Assembly (NCBI GenBank): GCA_963745235.1
Contig: CAVUXE010000009.1
Span: forward strand, 32,001 to 96,000
Length of the DNA: 64,000 bases
Source of the DNA: an uncultured Spirochaetota bacterium
GTDB taxonomy: Bacteria > Spirochaetota > Spirochaetia > SZUA-6 > Fen-1364
Direction: 5' to 3'
Part shown: positions 19,664 to 32,235 of the stretch, piece after piece
Layout: each line of letters opens with the position of its first letter
Position numbering within the stretch: position 1 is the first letter of the stretch
The notes under the pieces: model-generated
Database searches by the model: none
The model's input: the letters and a program-made list of their open reading frames with translations, nothing else
Told to the model about the DNA's origin: nothing
Program-made: the position numbers and the translations under genes

Positions 19664-20356
19664 CTACTCCGATCTCACATCCCCGCGCCAGATGACGCGG
19701 ATTCTCTTGTACAGCCCGTCACCCTCGCTGATGGTCTCGATATCCCCGTAGCGGGCAAGGGAGGTATGGATGAGGCGGCGCTCAAAGGGATTGAGCGGCT
19801 CCAGGAGCTGGGAGTCGCGCCCCCTGCGGACCTGCTCCGCCACCTGGTTCGCCATCCTGATGAGGCTGCGCTCCCTGCGGTTGCGGTAATCCTGCGTGTC
19901 CAGGACGACGCGGGTCGAGTCCCCTCCCATGCGGCCCGCCGCAAGGTTGACGATGAACTGCAGGGCCTCCAGGGTCTTCCCCTGCTTGCCGATAAGGATC
20001 CCCGAGCCGTCACTCTCGATATCCAGGCCCAGCCGCCTGTCCTCGCGGAAGCTCACGGTGATCTTTGCGGGGAACCCCATGCGGGAGAGAAGCCCCCGGG
20101 TGTACTCGGTGATCTTCTCCTCGAACTCACCCTGCGCAATGGGCGGGCCGTCCCGACCGGGCTCCCCGTCCTCCTGGCCGTCAAGCTCCTCGCTCATGTG
20201 AACGCGGATCTTCACCTTGCCGCCGCGGAAGAGGATGCCCGGGCGCTTGGCCTCCACGATCTCGAAATCGATCTCGTTCCTGTCGAGGCCGAGCTCTTCG
20301 ATGGCTCTGTCGATGGCCTCTTTCTCGTTCTTGCCTTCGAACTCCTTCACTACCAT
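19664..20356 (-). CDS. jag: Jag/EloR (KhpB) RNA-binding protein
   Basis: Jag_N domain, KH LIGKQGKTLEALQ, R3H ERRLIH. Confidence 0.93.
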   Translation of the reverse strand: MVVKEFEGKNEKEAIDRAIEELGLDRNEIDFEIVEAKRPGILFRGGKVKIRVHMSEELDGQEDGEPGRDGPPIAQGEFEEKITEYTRGLLSRMGFPAKITVSFREDRRLGLDIESDGSGILIGKQGKTLEALQFIVNLAAGRMGGDSTRVVLDTQDYRNRRERSLIRMANQVAEQVRRGRDSQLLEPLNPFERRLIHTSLARYGDIETISEGDGLYKRIRVIWRGDVRSE

Positions 20357-20375
20357 GGCAGTCTCCTTCGCAATC

Positions 20376-22268
20376 TCACCTCTTCACCTTCATGCCAGGC
20401 TTGGAGCCGGATTTGAAAACGACAGGCGTCGCGGCTGCTGCCAGCTCATCCCGCTTCTTTTTCAAAGAGTTGATGTAGAGCTGCTGGAAGATGGACAGGA
20501 TGTTCTGGACGGTCCAGTAGAGCACGAGCCCGGACGGCATATCGTAGAGGATGAAAAGGAAAACAATCGGAAGCGCGTACGTCATCAGCTTCATCTGGGC
20601 GCCGGCCTGCGACTGGTCAGCGGGCTGGGTGAACTTGCCCTGGAGGAGCTGGCTCCCCACCATGAGGAGGGGCAGCGCGCGCAGCGCGGTCCACCCCAGG
20701 AGCGGGATGGCGAACGGGAAGTTCACAATCGCTTCCGGCACGGACAGGTCCGGGATCCAGCCCGGTATGAACATGGCGCCGCGAAGCTCGAAATAGCTGT
20801 TCAGGAGGTTGTACAGCGCGAAGAACACGGGGATCTGCAGCAGGAGCGGCAGACACCCCGACAGCGGATTTATCTTTTCCCTCCGGTAGAGCTCCGCGAT
20901 CTCCTGGTTCATCTTCTCAGGCTTGGCCTTCAGGCGGGTTCGGATTTCCTGGATCTTCGGGTTCAGCGCGGCCATCTTGGCGGTTGACTCCGAGCTCTTG
21001 AACGTCAGGGGGAGGAAGACGACCTTGATCAGGATCGTCAACAGGATGATGGCAATGCCGTAGTTCGGGATGATGAGGTAGAAGAAGTCGAGCAGGTACT
21101 TCAGCAGCTGGGCGAGCCACCCGATCAGGATGGAAGAGGTCACGATCTCGTCCGCATGGAGATCCGCTATTCTGAAGGCGTTCTTGTCCGCCTCGTTGTA
21201 CCTGGCCAGGATCTCCTTCTTCATGGGCCCCATGTAGAAGTAGTACTTGTCGCTGCTGGCGGCGCTTTTCAGGATGGGGCGCTCGAAGCTGATGACCGAG
21301 CGATCGTAGCCCTCGATGAGCTTGCGCGAGTCGAAAACGAGGTGGCTCACCGACCCGTCCGGCACGGCAATGGCGGTGAAGTACTTGCCCTCGACCCCCG
21401 CCCAGGTCACCGATTTGTCCACTTCCTTGAGCTGGCCCATTCCAACCCCGGGGTCCTGCCGCTTCCCGTCGGACCAGTAGGCATACTTGCGGAAGTCGTT
21501 GCGTCCGTCGAGCTTTATGTAGTGCGGGCCGATCTGCGGGCCCATGGTCAGCGTGTACGCATACCCCCCGAAGTTGAGGGCGGGAAAATCGTTGACGCTG
21601 TTTTCGATGGTGATCTGCAGCTGGAACAGGTACTCGTCCTTGTAGAACATGTACGTCTTGTGCAGCGTAAAAGGCACGCCCGTCGGAGAATAGAAAGTCC
21701 GCGTGAAATCGAAGGTCTGTTTGCCGGAATCCGTTGACTCATGGAGCGCGAACGGGACGATGAGCTGGTCCGCCTTGTAGTCTCCGAACGCCAGAGAAAA
21801 GGGCAGCTCGCCCGGGGTCGCCGTCTTTGGCATGAGCAGCATTTCCACTGGAGACCCATCGATGTTCTTGTACTTGCGCAGCTTCACGGAGGACAGCGTG
21901 CCGCCCGCGGTTTCGAAGGTCAGGCGGTACAGGTCCGTGTCCCTCTGGATGCTCGGCCCCTGCGAGATGGGCGGCGCGGAATCAGCCGTCTCGACTGCCT
22001 TCCCCGTGGCAATGGCGGTGGCCGCCCCGGGCGCTGCAACCGGCTTGCCGGCGGCCTGGGCCTGCTGCGCGACGGCGGGAGCCGCCTGCTGTGTCGACTG
22101 GGCCTGCGCCGCTGGCTGTGCCTGCTGGCCCTGCTGCTGGGCAGCAGCGGGCTTCTGGGCGGTCTGCTGCACGGCAGGCTTGGGAGGTGCCAGGACAGAC
22201 TGCAGGATCATACCGCCAACGATGATCACGACCGAGATCACGACTGCCAGGAGAGTTTTCCTATCCAT
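20376..22268 (-). CDS. yidC: Membrane protein insertase YidC
   Basis: NYGIAIILLT, NPLSGCLPLLLQIP, PSGLVLYW. Confidence 0.96.
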   Translation of the reverse strand: MDRKTLLAVVISVVIIVGGMILQSVLAPPKPAVQQTAQKPAAAQQQGQQAQPAAQAQSTQQAAPAVAQQAQAAGKPVAAPGAATAIATGKAVETADSAPPISQGPSIQRDTDLYRLTFETAGGTLSSVKLRKYKNIDGSPVEMLLMPKTATPGELPFSLAFGDYKADQLIVPFALHESTDSGKQTFDFTRTFYSPTGVPFTLHKTYMFYKDEYLFQLQITIENSVNDFPALNFGGYAYTLTMGPQIGPHYIKLDGRNDFRKYAYWSDGKRQDPGVGMGQLKEVDKSVTWAGVEGKYFTAIAVPDGSVSHLVFDSRKLIEGYDRSVISFERPILKSAASSDKYYFYMGPMKKEILARYNEADKNAFRIADLHADEIVTSSILIGWLAQLLKYLLDFFYLIIPNYGIAIILLTILIKVVFLPLTFKSSESTAKMAALNPKIQEIRTRLKAKPEKMNQEIAELYRREKINPLSGCLPLLLQIPVFFALYNLLNSYFELRGAMFIPGWIPDLSVPEAIVNFPFAIPLLGWTALRALPLLMVGSQLLQGKFTQPADQSQAGAQMKLMTYALPIVFLFILYDMPSGLVLYWTVQNILSIFQQLYINSLKKKRDELAAAATPVVFKSGSKPGMKVKR

Positions 22269-22287
22269 GCTTCCTTATTTCCTTCTC

Positions 22288-22521
22288 TTAGGGGACGGGA
22301 TCATACCCGCCGGCGTGAAAGGGATGGCACCTGAGTATTCGCCTGGCCCCCATATATGATCCCTTGATCACTCCATATTTCAGGATTGCTTCCTTCGTGT
22401 ACTGCGAGCAGGAAGGCACGTAGCGACAGGTGGAAGGAAACAGGGGGGAAATGAGATACTGGTAGCCGCTGATGAGGGCAGTGGCGACCCACTTCCCGAT
22501 TCTGCTAATCTGCATTGGCAT
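22288..22521 (-). CDS. yidD: Membrane protein insertion efficiency factor
   Basis: [32 protein letters not shown]. Confidence 0.95.
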   Translation of the reverse strand: MPMQISRIGKWVATALISGYQYLISPLFPSTCRYVPSCSQYTKEAILKYGVIKGSYMGARRILRCHPFHAGGYDPVP

Positions 22522-22855
22522 GAAATCCGGCGCGTCTGAGCAACTGCTCCATCAGAAGGCGCCTTTCTGCAAAAGAAGACCCGAACCGACCGACAAGGAA
22601 GACGAGGTCATGCCCCGGCGCGATTCGTTCCTTGAGCAGGCGGTAAGCTTCGCGCGTGATCCTTTTCTCCCTGTTTCTCCTGACCGCGCCATCGCATCCC
22701 CGGGCAACCACCACGGCAAACCGGTTGGTCGCGGAGCCGTTGCGATCATGCAGGAGCTTCAAGCCGCCAGCGTCTATCCTTCTCCCCGTCCTGAAAAGCC
22801 TTTTGATGTCTTTGCCGGCGCGGAGTCGTTCGTCCCTAGTAAGGCTTCTTCTCAT
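22505..22855 (-). CDS. rnpA: RNase P protein component
   Basis: ERL..., [16 protein letters not shown]; conserved position after rpmH. Confidence 0.9.
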   Translation of the reverse strand: MRRSLTRDERLRAGKDIKRLFRTGRRIDAGGLKLLHDRNGSATNRFAVVVARGCDGAVRRNREKRITREAYRLLKERIAPGHDLVFLVGRFGSSFAERRLLMEQLLRRAGFHANAD

Positions 22856-22991
22856 CTGAGGCGGTGAGCTTGATGCGCCCTTTTGCGCGCCGGCGCTTCA
22901 GCACGAGCCGCCCGCCCTTGGTGGCCATGCGCGCGCGAAAACCGAACTTTCTGGTTCTCTTGGTCTTGCTGGGCTGGTAGGTCCGTTTCAT
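22836..22991 (-). CDS. rpmH: 50S ribosomal protein L34 (51 aa; not in the ORF track)
   Basis: Manual translation [51 protein letters not shown]; AAGGAG RBS. Confidence 0.97.
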   Translation of the reverse strand: MKRTYQPSKTKRTRKFGFRARMATKGGRLVLKRRRAKGRIKLTASDEKKPY

Positions 22992-23130
22992 ACGACGAAT
23001 GCTCCTTGAATAACCTGACGACCAGGGGGCTTTTCACGGGTATATCCCGATGAATATAGGACTTACACCCTTCCGTGTCAATGGACGGCAGGCGTGCCGG
23101 AGGTCTCAAGGGGCTCATTCTGTGGTCATT

Positions 23131-23424
23131 TCACGGCTCCGGCGCGCTCAGGACCAACCTGACCCCCACGATCCGGGCATCCGGAGCGGCTTCTCGCGCA
23201 GCCGAAAGAATGGCTTCCTGCCGCATTCGCGCCATCTGGAGCCAGCCCGGGTGATCGGCTTCCACCACCAGGACTCCTTCACGGACGTCGCGCAGGCGCG
23301 TGTGGGCTGCAAGTGTGCTCCCCGCCACCTGGCTCCAGCCGGAGAAAAGAGGGGCATAGGGGTTTCCGGTCAACCATCCCCGCTCACGCAGGTACTCCCT
23401 GAGGATGTCCCCCACTTTCTTCAT
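23131..23424 (-). CDS. dciA: DUF721 / DciA helicase-loader family protein
   Basis: W..VAG..LAAHT, GVLVVEADHPGW; overlaps the recF stop. Confidence 0.85.
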   Translation of the reverse strand: MKKVGDILREYLRERGWLTGNPYAPLFSGWSQVAGSTLAAHTRLRDVREGVLVVEADHPGWLQMARMRQEAILSAAREAAPDARIVGVRLVLSAPEP

Positions 23425-24503
23425 CGGTGGAACTCCCCACCCTGCACCTTCAGGACCAGGGTGTCCGGGGTGGCGTAGGAAGGGTATGCCTCGTCGGGAA
23501 GAAAAGTAAAAATCGCCTGCTCGTAGGTCGGGAAGCGGGCAACGAACGCTTTCTTCTTCTCCTGGTCGAGCTCCAGAAGCACGTCATCCAGGAGGAGCAC
23601 AGGCAGGCGGCCGCTCTGCTTCGTGAGAAACCGTGATTGCGCAATCCGGAGAGCCAGGGCACAGAGGCGAAGCTGGCCCGTGGAACCAAAGTGAGAGTAG
23701 TCTCTTCCCCCGAGAAGATAGGAGAAGACGTCCCTGTGCGGACCGCTGGATGTCGCTCCCAGGGCCAGGTCTCTTCCCCGGGCTGCGGCAAGGTGGGCCA
23801 CAACATCCTCTTTCCCACGAAGCTGCTGCCACGAGGGGATGTAGCGTATCTCGACTGCCTGGTCCTCCCCGGTAATCTCCCGGAAGAGCGGACAGAATAC
23901 CTCGTTGAACCCGCGCACCAGTGCTTCCCTCCTCTGCTGGAGTGCAAGCCCGAACTCAGCCAGTTGCCCGTCATAGGTGTCCAGGATGTCGCTCTGTCTG
24001 CTTTTCAGGCAGAAGTTGCGGGCGTGGAGGACCTGGCGATATCCGCGCAGTGAATCGAGAAAAGAGAAGTCGAAGAAGGCGAGGGTCTGATCGAAAAACC
24101 GGCGCCTCTCCTCGGGCGCTCCAACGATGAAGTCCATGTCCTGCTGGGCAAAACAGATGCACAGCACGCCGGCAAGGAGATCGCGTCTGTCGGAGATCTG
24201 CTTGTCGTTGACCCGCAGCTCCTTCTTCCTTCCCGGAGAGGAGAGGAAGCCAAAGGTGCTCTCCCCGGTTTCACGGGATGAATAGCGTCCGTGGAGTCCC
24301 ATTGGGATATCGGGGTTTCGCAGGAAGGCTGCCTCGCGTTTTTCCCGAAACGATGACCCCAGGCAAAGCAGGTGTACCGCCTCGATAAGGTTGGTCTTTC
24401 CCTGCCCGTTTTCTCCCACCAGGAAGATCTCCCGGGCGCCAAGGTCAACCTCTCCGTCCCTCAGGTTCCTGAAATTGAAAAGCCGAAGCTTCTCAAACCC
24501 CAT
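23421..24503 (-). CDS. recF: DNA replication/repair protein RecF
   Basis: FRNL, GENGQGKTN, RRRFFD, GPHRD, STGQ, LLLDDVLLELD. Confidence 0.95.
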   Translation of the reverse strand: MGFEKLRLFNFRNLRDGEVDLGAREIFLVGENGQGKTNLIEAVHLLCLGSSFREKREAAFLRNPDIPMGLHGRYSSRETGESTFGFLSSPGRKKELRVNDKQISDRRDLLAGVLCICFAQQDMDFIVGAPEERRRFFDQTLAFFDFSFLDSLRGYRQVLHARNFCLKSRQSDILDTYDGQLAEFGLALQQRREALVRGFNEVFCPLFREITGEDQAVEIRYIPSWQQLRGKEDVVAHLAAARGRDLALGATSSGPHRDVFSYLLGGRDYSHFGSTGQLRLCALALRIAQSRFLTKQSGRLPVLLLDDVLLELDQEKKKAFVARFPTYEQAIFTFLPDEAYPSYATPDTLVLKVQGGEFHR

Positions 24504-24530
24504 CTCTGCCCGTCTTTGTCCTTCCGCTGA

Positions 24531-25641
24531 TCAGTCCAGCTGCATGGGCATGATGATATTCAGGTAGCCGTCGTCCGGGCAGCGGTTTCAACGTGATGGC
24601 CTTGTTGATGTCGCTGAACTCGATGGTGACTTTCTCACAGGCGAGCTCGCGAAGCGGTTCCATCATGTAGAGGCAGTTGACCGCCAGGGACATCTCGGGT
24701 CCCTCGTAGTCGCAGGGAAGCTCTTCGGAGGCAATCCCCAGCTCACTTTCCTTGGAGAGGATGGTGAGAGTCCCCGCTGCAAGGGAGAAGACGACCTTGC
24801 GGGACTTCTGCTCGACAAGGAGGGAAACGCGGCGCAGCGCGTCTTCCAGGGCGCGCCGCTCTACGATGGCACGATACTTCTGGGCATCCGGGATGACGCG
24901 GCGATAGTCCGGGAACTGTCCGTCGATGAGGTTGGAGGAAAGGTTTGTCGCTCCGAGGCGGATGAAGACGTTCTTGTCCGTCAGAGCGAGGGAGAGAGTC
25001 CCTTCCCCTGAGGAAAGCTTGCGCACGATCGTGAGGATTTTCGGCGGAAGAATGATGCCTTTCAGGTTTTCCATGCGAACGGGGATCTTGCGGGATATGT
25101 AGGCGAGCCGGCGACCGTCCGTGGCGACCATGACGAGATTGTCGTCCCGCTTTTCCAGGAAGATCCCGTTCATGAAGTAGCGGGTCTCGTCATCGGAAAC
25201 AGCAAACACGGTCTTGGAGACCATGTCGATGAAGTCCTTCTGCGGGAAATCGAAGTACATGCTGTCCGAGGCGCGCGCAAGCTCGGGATACTTGTCAGAG
25301 GGGATGCACCTCAGCTGAAAGTCTATCTTTCGAGACGTGGGCTTGATGCGAAGCATGGTCGCGTCCACCTGCTCGAGCTCCACTTCGCCCTCCGGCAGGG
25401 ACCGCAGGATGCCCTGCAGCTTGTCGCAGAATGCCGTGGTGGTTCCTTCCTGGATCGTCTCCACGGGAAGGGATGTCTCGAATCCAACCTTCAGGTCGGT
25501 TGCCTGCAAAGTAAGCTCGCCCTTGGTCACCGTGAGAAGCACGTTGGAAAGAACCGAAAGGGAGTTCTTCGAGGAGATGACCTCCTGGGCGACCGAGATC
25601 TCCTTGAGAATATCATCCCGAGAGCAGGTGAACTTCATCAT
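24531..25641 (-). CDS. dnaN: DNA polymerase III beta clamp; apparent indel near 24588 (true end ...YLNIIMPMQLD*)
   Basis: ATDL, DETRYFMNG, VATDGRRL, LIDGQFPDY; canonical IMPM C-terminus sits in a shifted frame ending TGA at 24531. Confidence 0.95.
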
Positions 25642-25654
25642 CTCCTCCTTCTCT

Positions 25655-25910
25655 TATCTCTTATAAAGTAAGATTAAGAAAGACGGTAGTACCGGTGAGC
25701 ACGGTGAATATGTGGATAGAGCCCTTATCTGCCTGAGCACGAAGGAGATAGGCCGTGGAACAACCCTGCATCCTTGTGCACAGACCGTCCACATGTGTCT
25801 CCCCCGGCGGCATTCGACCGGCATTTCGCACAATCCGGGACTTTCTGTCAACAGAGTAACGCACAGGGGAAAACGACCGGCTGCCTGTGCTGTCCACAGG
25901 ACGTCCACAG
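25655..25910. promoter_or_regulatory. oriC part between dnaA and dnaN, with probable unwinding region
   Basis: DnaA-box-like 9-mers at 25711, 25775, 25785, 25845, 25890, 25901; minus strand reads CTATCCACA-TATTCACC-GC spacer-TACTAC..AT-rich. Confidence 0.75.
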
Positions 25911-25984
25911 GCTGACAGACGAATACGAGGTCGTTTTCTACACCCGGCGCGGCTTCGACCGCGTTCGCGCGGAACGCGTACTCG

Positions 25985-26052
25985 CGTACATCCCTGGCTA
26001 CGGGCTCGCTCATCAGCCATCCCTGGCCTCGCTCGCCCTCGCCATCCCTGTC
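25985..26052 (-). repeat. Three CAGGGATG motif copies directly after the dnaA stop
   Basis: Plus strand catccctg inside 25985-26002, 26016-26027 and 26041-26052, with short stems (gcc-atccct-ggc). Confidence 0.6.
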
Positions 26053-27419
26053 TAGGCATTGTTTTCCTTGATTTTCTTCACGAGAGCCTGGACGGTGGGC
26101 GCCAGATTCGGATCCAGCTTCATCCTGTCCTCGATTTTCTGGCATGCATGCATGACCGTGGTGTGATCCCGTCCACCGAACTCCGCGCCAACCTCCGTCG
26201 TGGAGTACTCGGTGAGCTCACGGGAGAGATACATGGCTACCTGGCGGGGAAAAGCAACCGCCTTGGTCCTTCTCTTGCCGCGAAGATCCTTGTAGGAGAG
26301 CCCGAAATAGTCTCCGACGATCTTCTGGATCAGCTCGATGGTGATGTTCTTCTGGCTGGGCTGGGCAAAAAAATCCTTGAGCTGCTGGCGCGATATCTCG
26401 AGTGTTATGTCCTTGCTGACGAGCTCCGCATAGGCGATGAGCTTGGTGAGCGCTTTTTCCAGATCCCGCACGTTCGTGTTGACGTTGCGGCAGATGAGCT
26501 CCACGACCTCGTCTGGGATCTTCACCTTCTTCTCCTCGATCTTTCGATTGAGGATTGCCATTCGAGTCTCATAGTTGGGGGGCTGGAGGTCCACGTTGAG
26601 CCCCCTCTCGAACCTGCTTCGCAGTCGATCCGAGAGGCTGCGAATCTCAGAGACCGGGCGGTCCGAGGTGAAGACCATCTGCTTGTTTGCGTCGTAGAGG
26701 GCGTTGAAGGTGTGGAAGAGCTCCTCCTGCGTGCCTTCTTTGCCTTCCAGGAAATGAACATCGTCGATCAGGAGCACGTCCACCGAACGATACTTGTTCT
26801 TGAACTGGTGGCCGGTTTTTTTCTGGATGGAAAGGATGAACTCGTTGGCAAAGGTCTCCACGGTGACGTATGCCACCTTGAGATCCGGAAACTCTCGATA
26901 GACCGAGTTGCCGATGGCCTGGACCAGGTGAGTCTTTCCCAGGCCGACCCCCCCGTAGATCAGGCAGGGGTTGTAGCCGGTTCCGGGGTTGCGGGCAATG
27001 GCCAGCGCGGCGTTTGCCGCGAACGAGTTTGACTCCCCAATGATAAACCGCTCGAAAGTGTATTCCTTGTTCAGGTTGGGGTGTTGGCGCTTTCGGGCGG
27101 CCCCTTCGTCCTGTTTCTGCCCTCGCGGCGGCTCCTCATGGGAGCCTCGTCCTGAGGTTTTCTTCTGGACGGAGAGCTTGACTGTCAGTTTCTGGCCCGC
27201 CAGCTCCTCGAGTTTTTCCTCGATACGGGCCAGGTATCGCTGTGTCAGCTGGTCCTTGATGAACGATGATGGAACGGAAACCAGTACCTGAGAGTCCCCG
27301 CTGCCAACTAATTCGATGCCACGGAACCACGTAGAGTATTCCTGCTCGGGAAGGTCCTCCGAGATGTCGCGGATGGCCTCCTTCCAGAAGGCCTCGTAGC
27401 TCCTCTTACCCGCCTCCAT
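26052..27419 (-). CDS. dnaA: Chromosomal replication initiator DnaA
   Basis: YTFERF, YNP..IYGGVGLGKTHL, LLIDD, RLRSRF, RQVAMYL, GGRDHTTV. Confidence 0.98.
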   Translation of the reverse strand: MEAGKRSYEAFWKEAIRDISEDLPEQEYSTWFRGIELVGSGDSQVLVSVPSSFIKDQLTQRYLARIEEKLEELAGQKLTVKLSVQKKTSGRGSHEEPPRGQKQDEGAARKRQHPNLNKEYTFERFIIGESNSFAANAALAIARNPGTGYNPCLIYGGVGLGKTHLVQAIGNSVYREFPDLKVAYVTVETFANEFILSIQKKTGHQFKNKYRSVDVLLIDDVHFLEGKEGTQEELFHTFNALYDANKQMVFTSDRPVSEIRSLSDRLRSRFERGLNVDLQPPNYETRMAILNRKIEEKKVKIPDEVVELICRNVNTNVRDLEKALTKLIAYAELVSKDITLEISRQQLKDFFAQPSQKNITIELIQKIVGDYFGLSYKDLRGKRRTKAVAFPRQVAMYLSRELTEYSTTEVGAEFGGRDHTTVMHACQKIEDRMKLDPNLAPTVQALVKKIKENNA

Positions 27420-27445
27420 GGGATTGTCCCCTTCTTATTGCCAGT

Positions 27446-27685
27446 TTATGCACAGGTTGTGCACAATCCGGAGAGCTTTGAAAGATTGGGAAAAACGGGA
27501 AAAAAGCCTGGAGGCAGGCTGCCGACGGCCACTTGTCGGAGGGTACGGTTTGTAAATATATTCAAGATAACCAAATGCAGAACACGCAAGCGAGAATATG
27601 TTACAATCTGTATCAATAAGCGTGCTGGAAGTGGAGCTCCTGATGCCTGTCAGATATTTCATACACTATCCACAGATTATTCACA
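27446..27685. promoter_or_regulatory. DnaA-box cluster in the dnaA/gyrB divergent region
   Basis: TTATGCACA 27446, TGTGCACAA 27458, CTATCCACA 27666, TTATTCACA 27677 in an AT-rich intergenic region. Confidence 0.75.
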
Positions 27686-27779
27686 CGGCCTTTCGAGCCG
27701 CAGTGTATCCCATCGCCATGAATCCGGGCAAGGGCATTCGATCTTCCGAAGAGCACATTCTCAGGCCTGGTCGTGTTGA

Positions 27780-29738
<1,959 letters not shown>

Positions 29739-29750
29739 GGGCAACACAAG

Positions 29751-32206
29751 ATGTCAGACTCCAGATCCCGAACCATTCCCCTTCCCATCGAGGAAGAGGT
29801 CAGGACCTCGTATCTCAACTACGCGATGTCCGTCATCGTCGCCCGCGCGCTCCCCGATGTGCGGGACGGTCTGAAGCCCGTGCACCGCAGGATCCTTTTC
29901 GGGATGAACGAGATGGGCCTGCGCTCCGACCGGCCCTACAAGAAGTGCGCCCGCATCACGGGGGACGTCCTGGGGAAGTACCATCCCCACGGTGACATGG
30001 CCATCTATGACTCCCTGGTGCGGCTTGCCCAGGACTTCAACATGCGCTACCCGGTGATCGACGGGCAGGGCAATTTCGGCTCCGTTGACGGGGACCCTCC
30101 CGCGGCGGTCAGGTACACCGAGGCCAGGATGAACCCGGTCGCGGAGGAGATGCTCCGTGATATCGACAAGGATACGGTAGAGTTCGGTCCCACCTATGAC
30201 GGCTCCCAGACCGAGCCCCTCGTTCTGCCCGGCGCCTTTCCTTTCCTGGCTGCAAACGGCGCCAGCGGAATCGCGGTTGGCATGGCCACCAACATCCCGC
30301 CCCAGAACCTCCGTGAGATCTGTGCCGCAATCGTCACGCTGATCGATTCCCCGGATACCTCCCACGAGGATCTGATGAAGATCGTGCGGGGACCCGACTT
30401 CCCCACCGGCGGGATCATCCTTGGCCGCAAGGGCATAAGGGATGCGTATACCACCGGCAGGGGCAAGATCATCGTCAGGGCCAAGGTTGCCGTGGAGAGC
30501 TCAAGCTCCGGCAAGGACTCCATCATCATCACCGAGATCCCCTACCAGGTGAACAAGTCGAATCTCATCGTACGCATTGCTGACCTCGTGAAAGAGAAGA
30601 AGATAGACGGGATCGTTGATCTGAACGATGAATCAGACAGGCACGGGATGAGGATCGTCATCGACCTGCGGAAGGGCGTTTCACCGAAGGTGATTCTCAA
30701 CCAGCTCTTTGCGCACACCCAGATGCAGATTGCCTTTGGCGTGATCAATCTCGCCCTGGTGAAGGGGCTTCCCAAGACCCTGACCCTGAAGGAAATCCTC
30801 CAGCACTTCATCGCTCACCGAAAAGAGGTGGTGACCCGCAGGACCCGTTATGACCTGGCAAAGGCGGAGGAGCGTGCGCATATCCTCCAGGGACTGCGGA
30901 TAGCCCTGGAGAACATCGACGAAGTGATCGCGATAATCAAGAAGTCCGAGGATGCAGCCACCGCGCGGACCAGCCTCATGAGCACGTTCTCCCTCAGCGA
31001 GCGGCAGGCACAGGCCATCCTGGATATGCGCTTGCAGCGCCTCACCAGCCTCGAGGTGCAGAAGGTAATCGATGAGCTCGCCGAAGTCCTTGCCCTCATA
31101 GAGACTCTCAAGGCCCTGCTTGCAAGCGAGCAGAAGATCTATGGCGTTGTAAAAGAAGAGACAGAGGATATCTCGAAGAGATTCGGTGATGACAGGCGCA
31201 CGGAGATCATCGAGGAGGAAGCTGAGGAGATCAACGTCGAGGACCTGATTGCTGAAGAGGACATGGCAATCCTCATCTCCAATCGAGGGTACATAAAGCG
31301 CATTCCCGTGACTGCATACCGCAGGCAGGGCAGGGGGGGAAAGGTTCCTCGTCGGCCTTGCTGAAGGAGGATGATTTCATAGAGCAGTTCTTTGTCGCCT
31401 CCACGCATGACTATGTGCTTTTCATCACCAATCAGGGCAAGGCCTACTGGGTCAAAGTCCACGAAATCCCTGAGAGCAGCCGGCAGGCCAAGGGCCAGAG
31501 CATCAAGGTCCTTCTCTCCCTGAGCAGCGAGGAGGAGATCACTGCCGTGGTCAGCCTTCGCAACTTCACGGATGAGAAGTTCGTTCTCATGGCGACCCGG
31601 CAGGGGGTAGTCAAGAAAGTGAAGATCTCGGAGTTTGCCAACGCAAAGACGCGGGGCATTGTCGCCATCAAGCTGGATCAGGGAGACGGCCTCGTGACAG
31701 CGCTCCTGACATCCGGCTCTGACGAGGCTGTGCTGGTTACCCGCAAAGGGATTGCCCTGCGGTTCCATGAGGAAGCTGTTCGAGCAATGGGACGGGCGTC
31801 ACATGGCGTCCAGGGCATCAAGCTCTCGCAAAAGGACGAGCTGGCCGGGGTTGCAATGGTCAACCAGGGTGAGCAGATGCTCCTGGTGAGTGAGTTCGGC
31901 TTCGGCAAGAGAACCGCGTATGACAACTTTTCTCCTCACGGACGGGGGACCAGGGGACAGATCTGCTACAAAGCCACGGAGAAGACGGGAGAAGTGATCG
32001 GCGTTCTGTCCGTCAGCGACACCGACGATCTTGTGTGCATTACCTCCCAGGGCAACACGCTCAAGCTCCGGCTCTCCGAGGTTGCCACGCTCGGGAAGAC
32101 CGCCATGGGCGTGCGCATCGTGAATATCACGCGGCCAGATGTGGTGGTCGGCGTGGCCCGGGTCGTCAAGGAAGAAGAGAACGGGGACGGTCCTTCCGAA
32201 GGCTGA
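29751..32206 (+). CDS. gyrA: DNA gyrase subunit A; single-base frameshift at the G run 31333-31339
   Basis: RDGLKPVHRR, YHPHGD, AAVRYTE; adding one G restores GyrA-box QGRGGKG and joins the beta-pinwheel ORF 31358..32206. Confidence 0.95.
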
Positions 32207-32235
32207 GCTTCCGGCCAAAGGCATCCCAACCATTT

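Noticed and set aside
22010-22190. Q/A/P-rich stretch in YidC, and the similar P/A tail at 13440-13630
   Set aside because: Ordinary low-complexity periplasmic linkers, not DNA repeats
24493-24590. Unusual dnaN C-terminal extension overlapping recF
   Set aside because: The canonical IIMPMQLD* end is present in another frame; one extra base explains it
25774-26055. 93-aa plus-strand ORF between dnaN and dnaA (…YEVVFYTRRGFDRV…)
   Set aside because: Runs through DnaA boxes and the CATCCCTG repeats with no convincing start or RBS; likely non-coding
31325-31364. Possible programmed -1 frameshift in gyrA: in-frame G_GGA_AAG heptamer at the GyrA-box, where -1 restores QGRGGKG
   Set aside because: A one-base loss in the G homopolymer (G7 instead of G8) gives the same result, and the window has many similar indels in essential genes; read mapping would settle it
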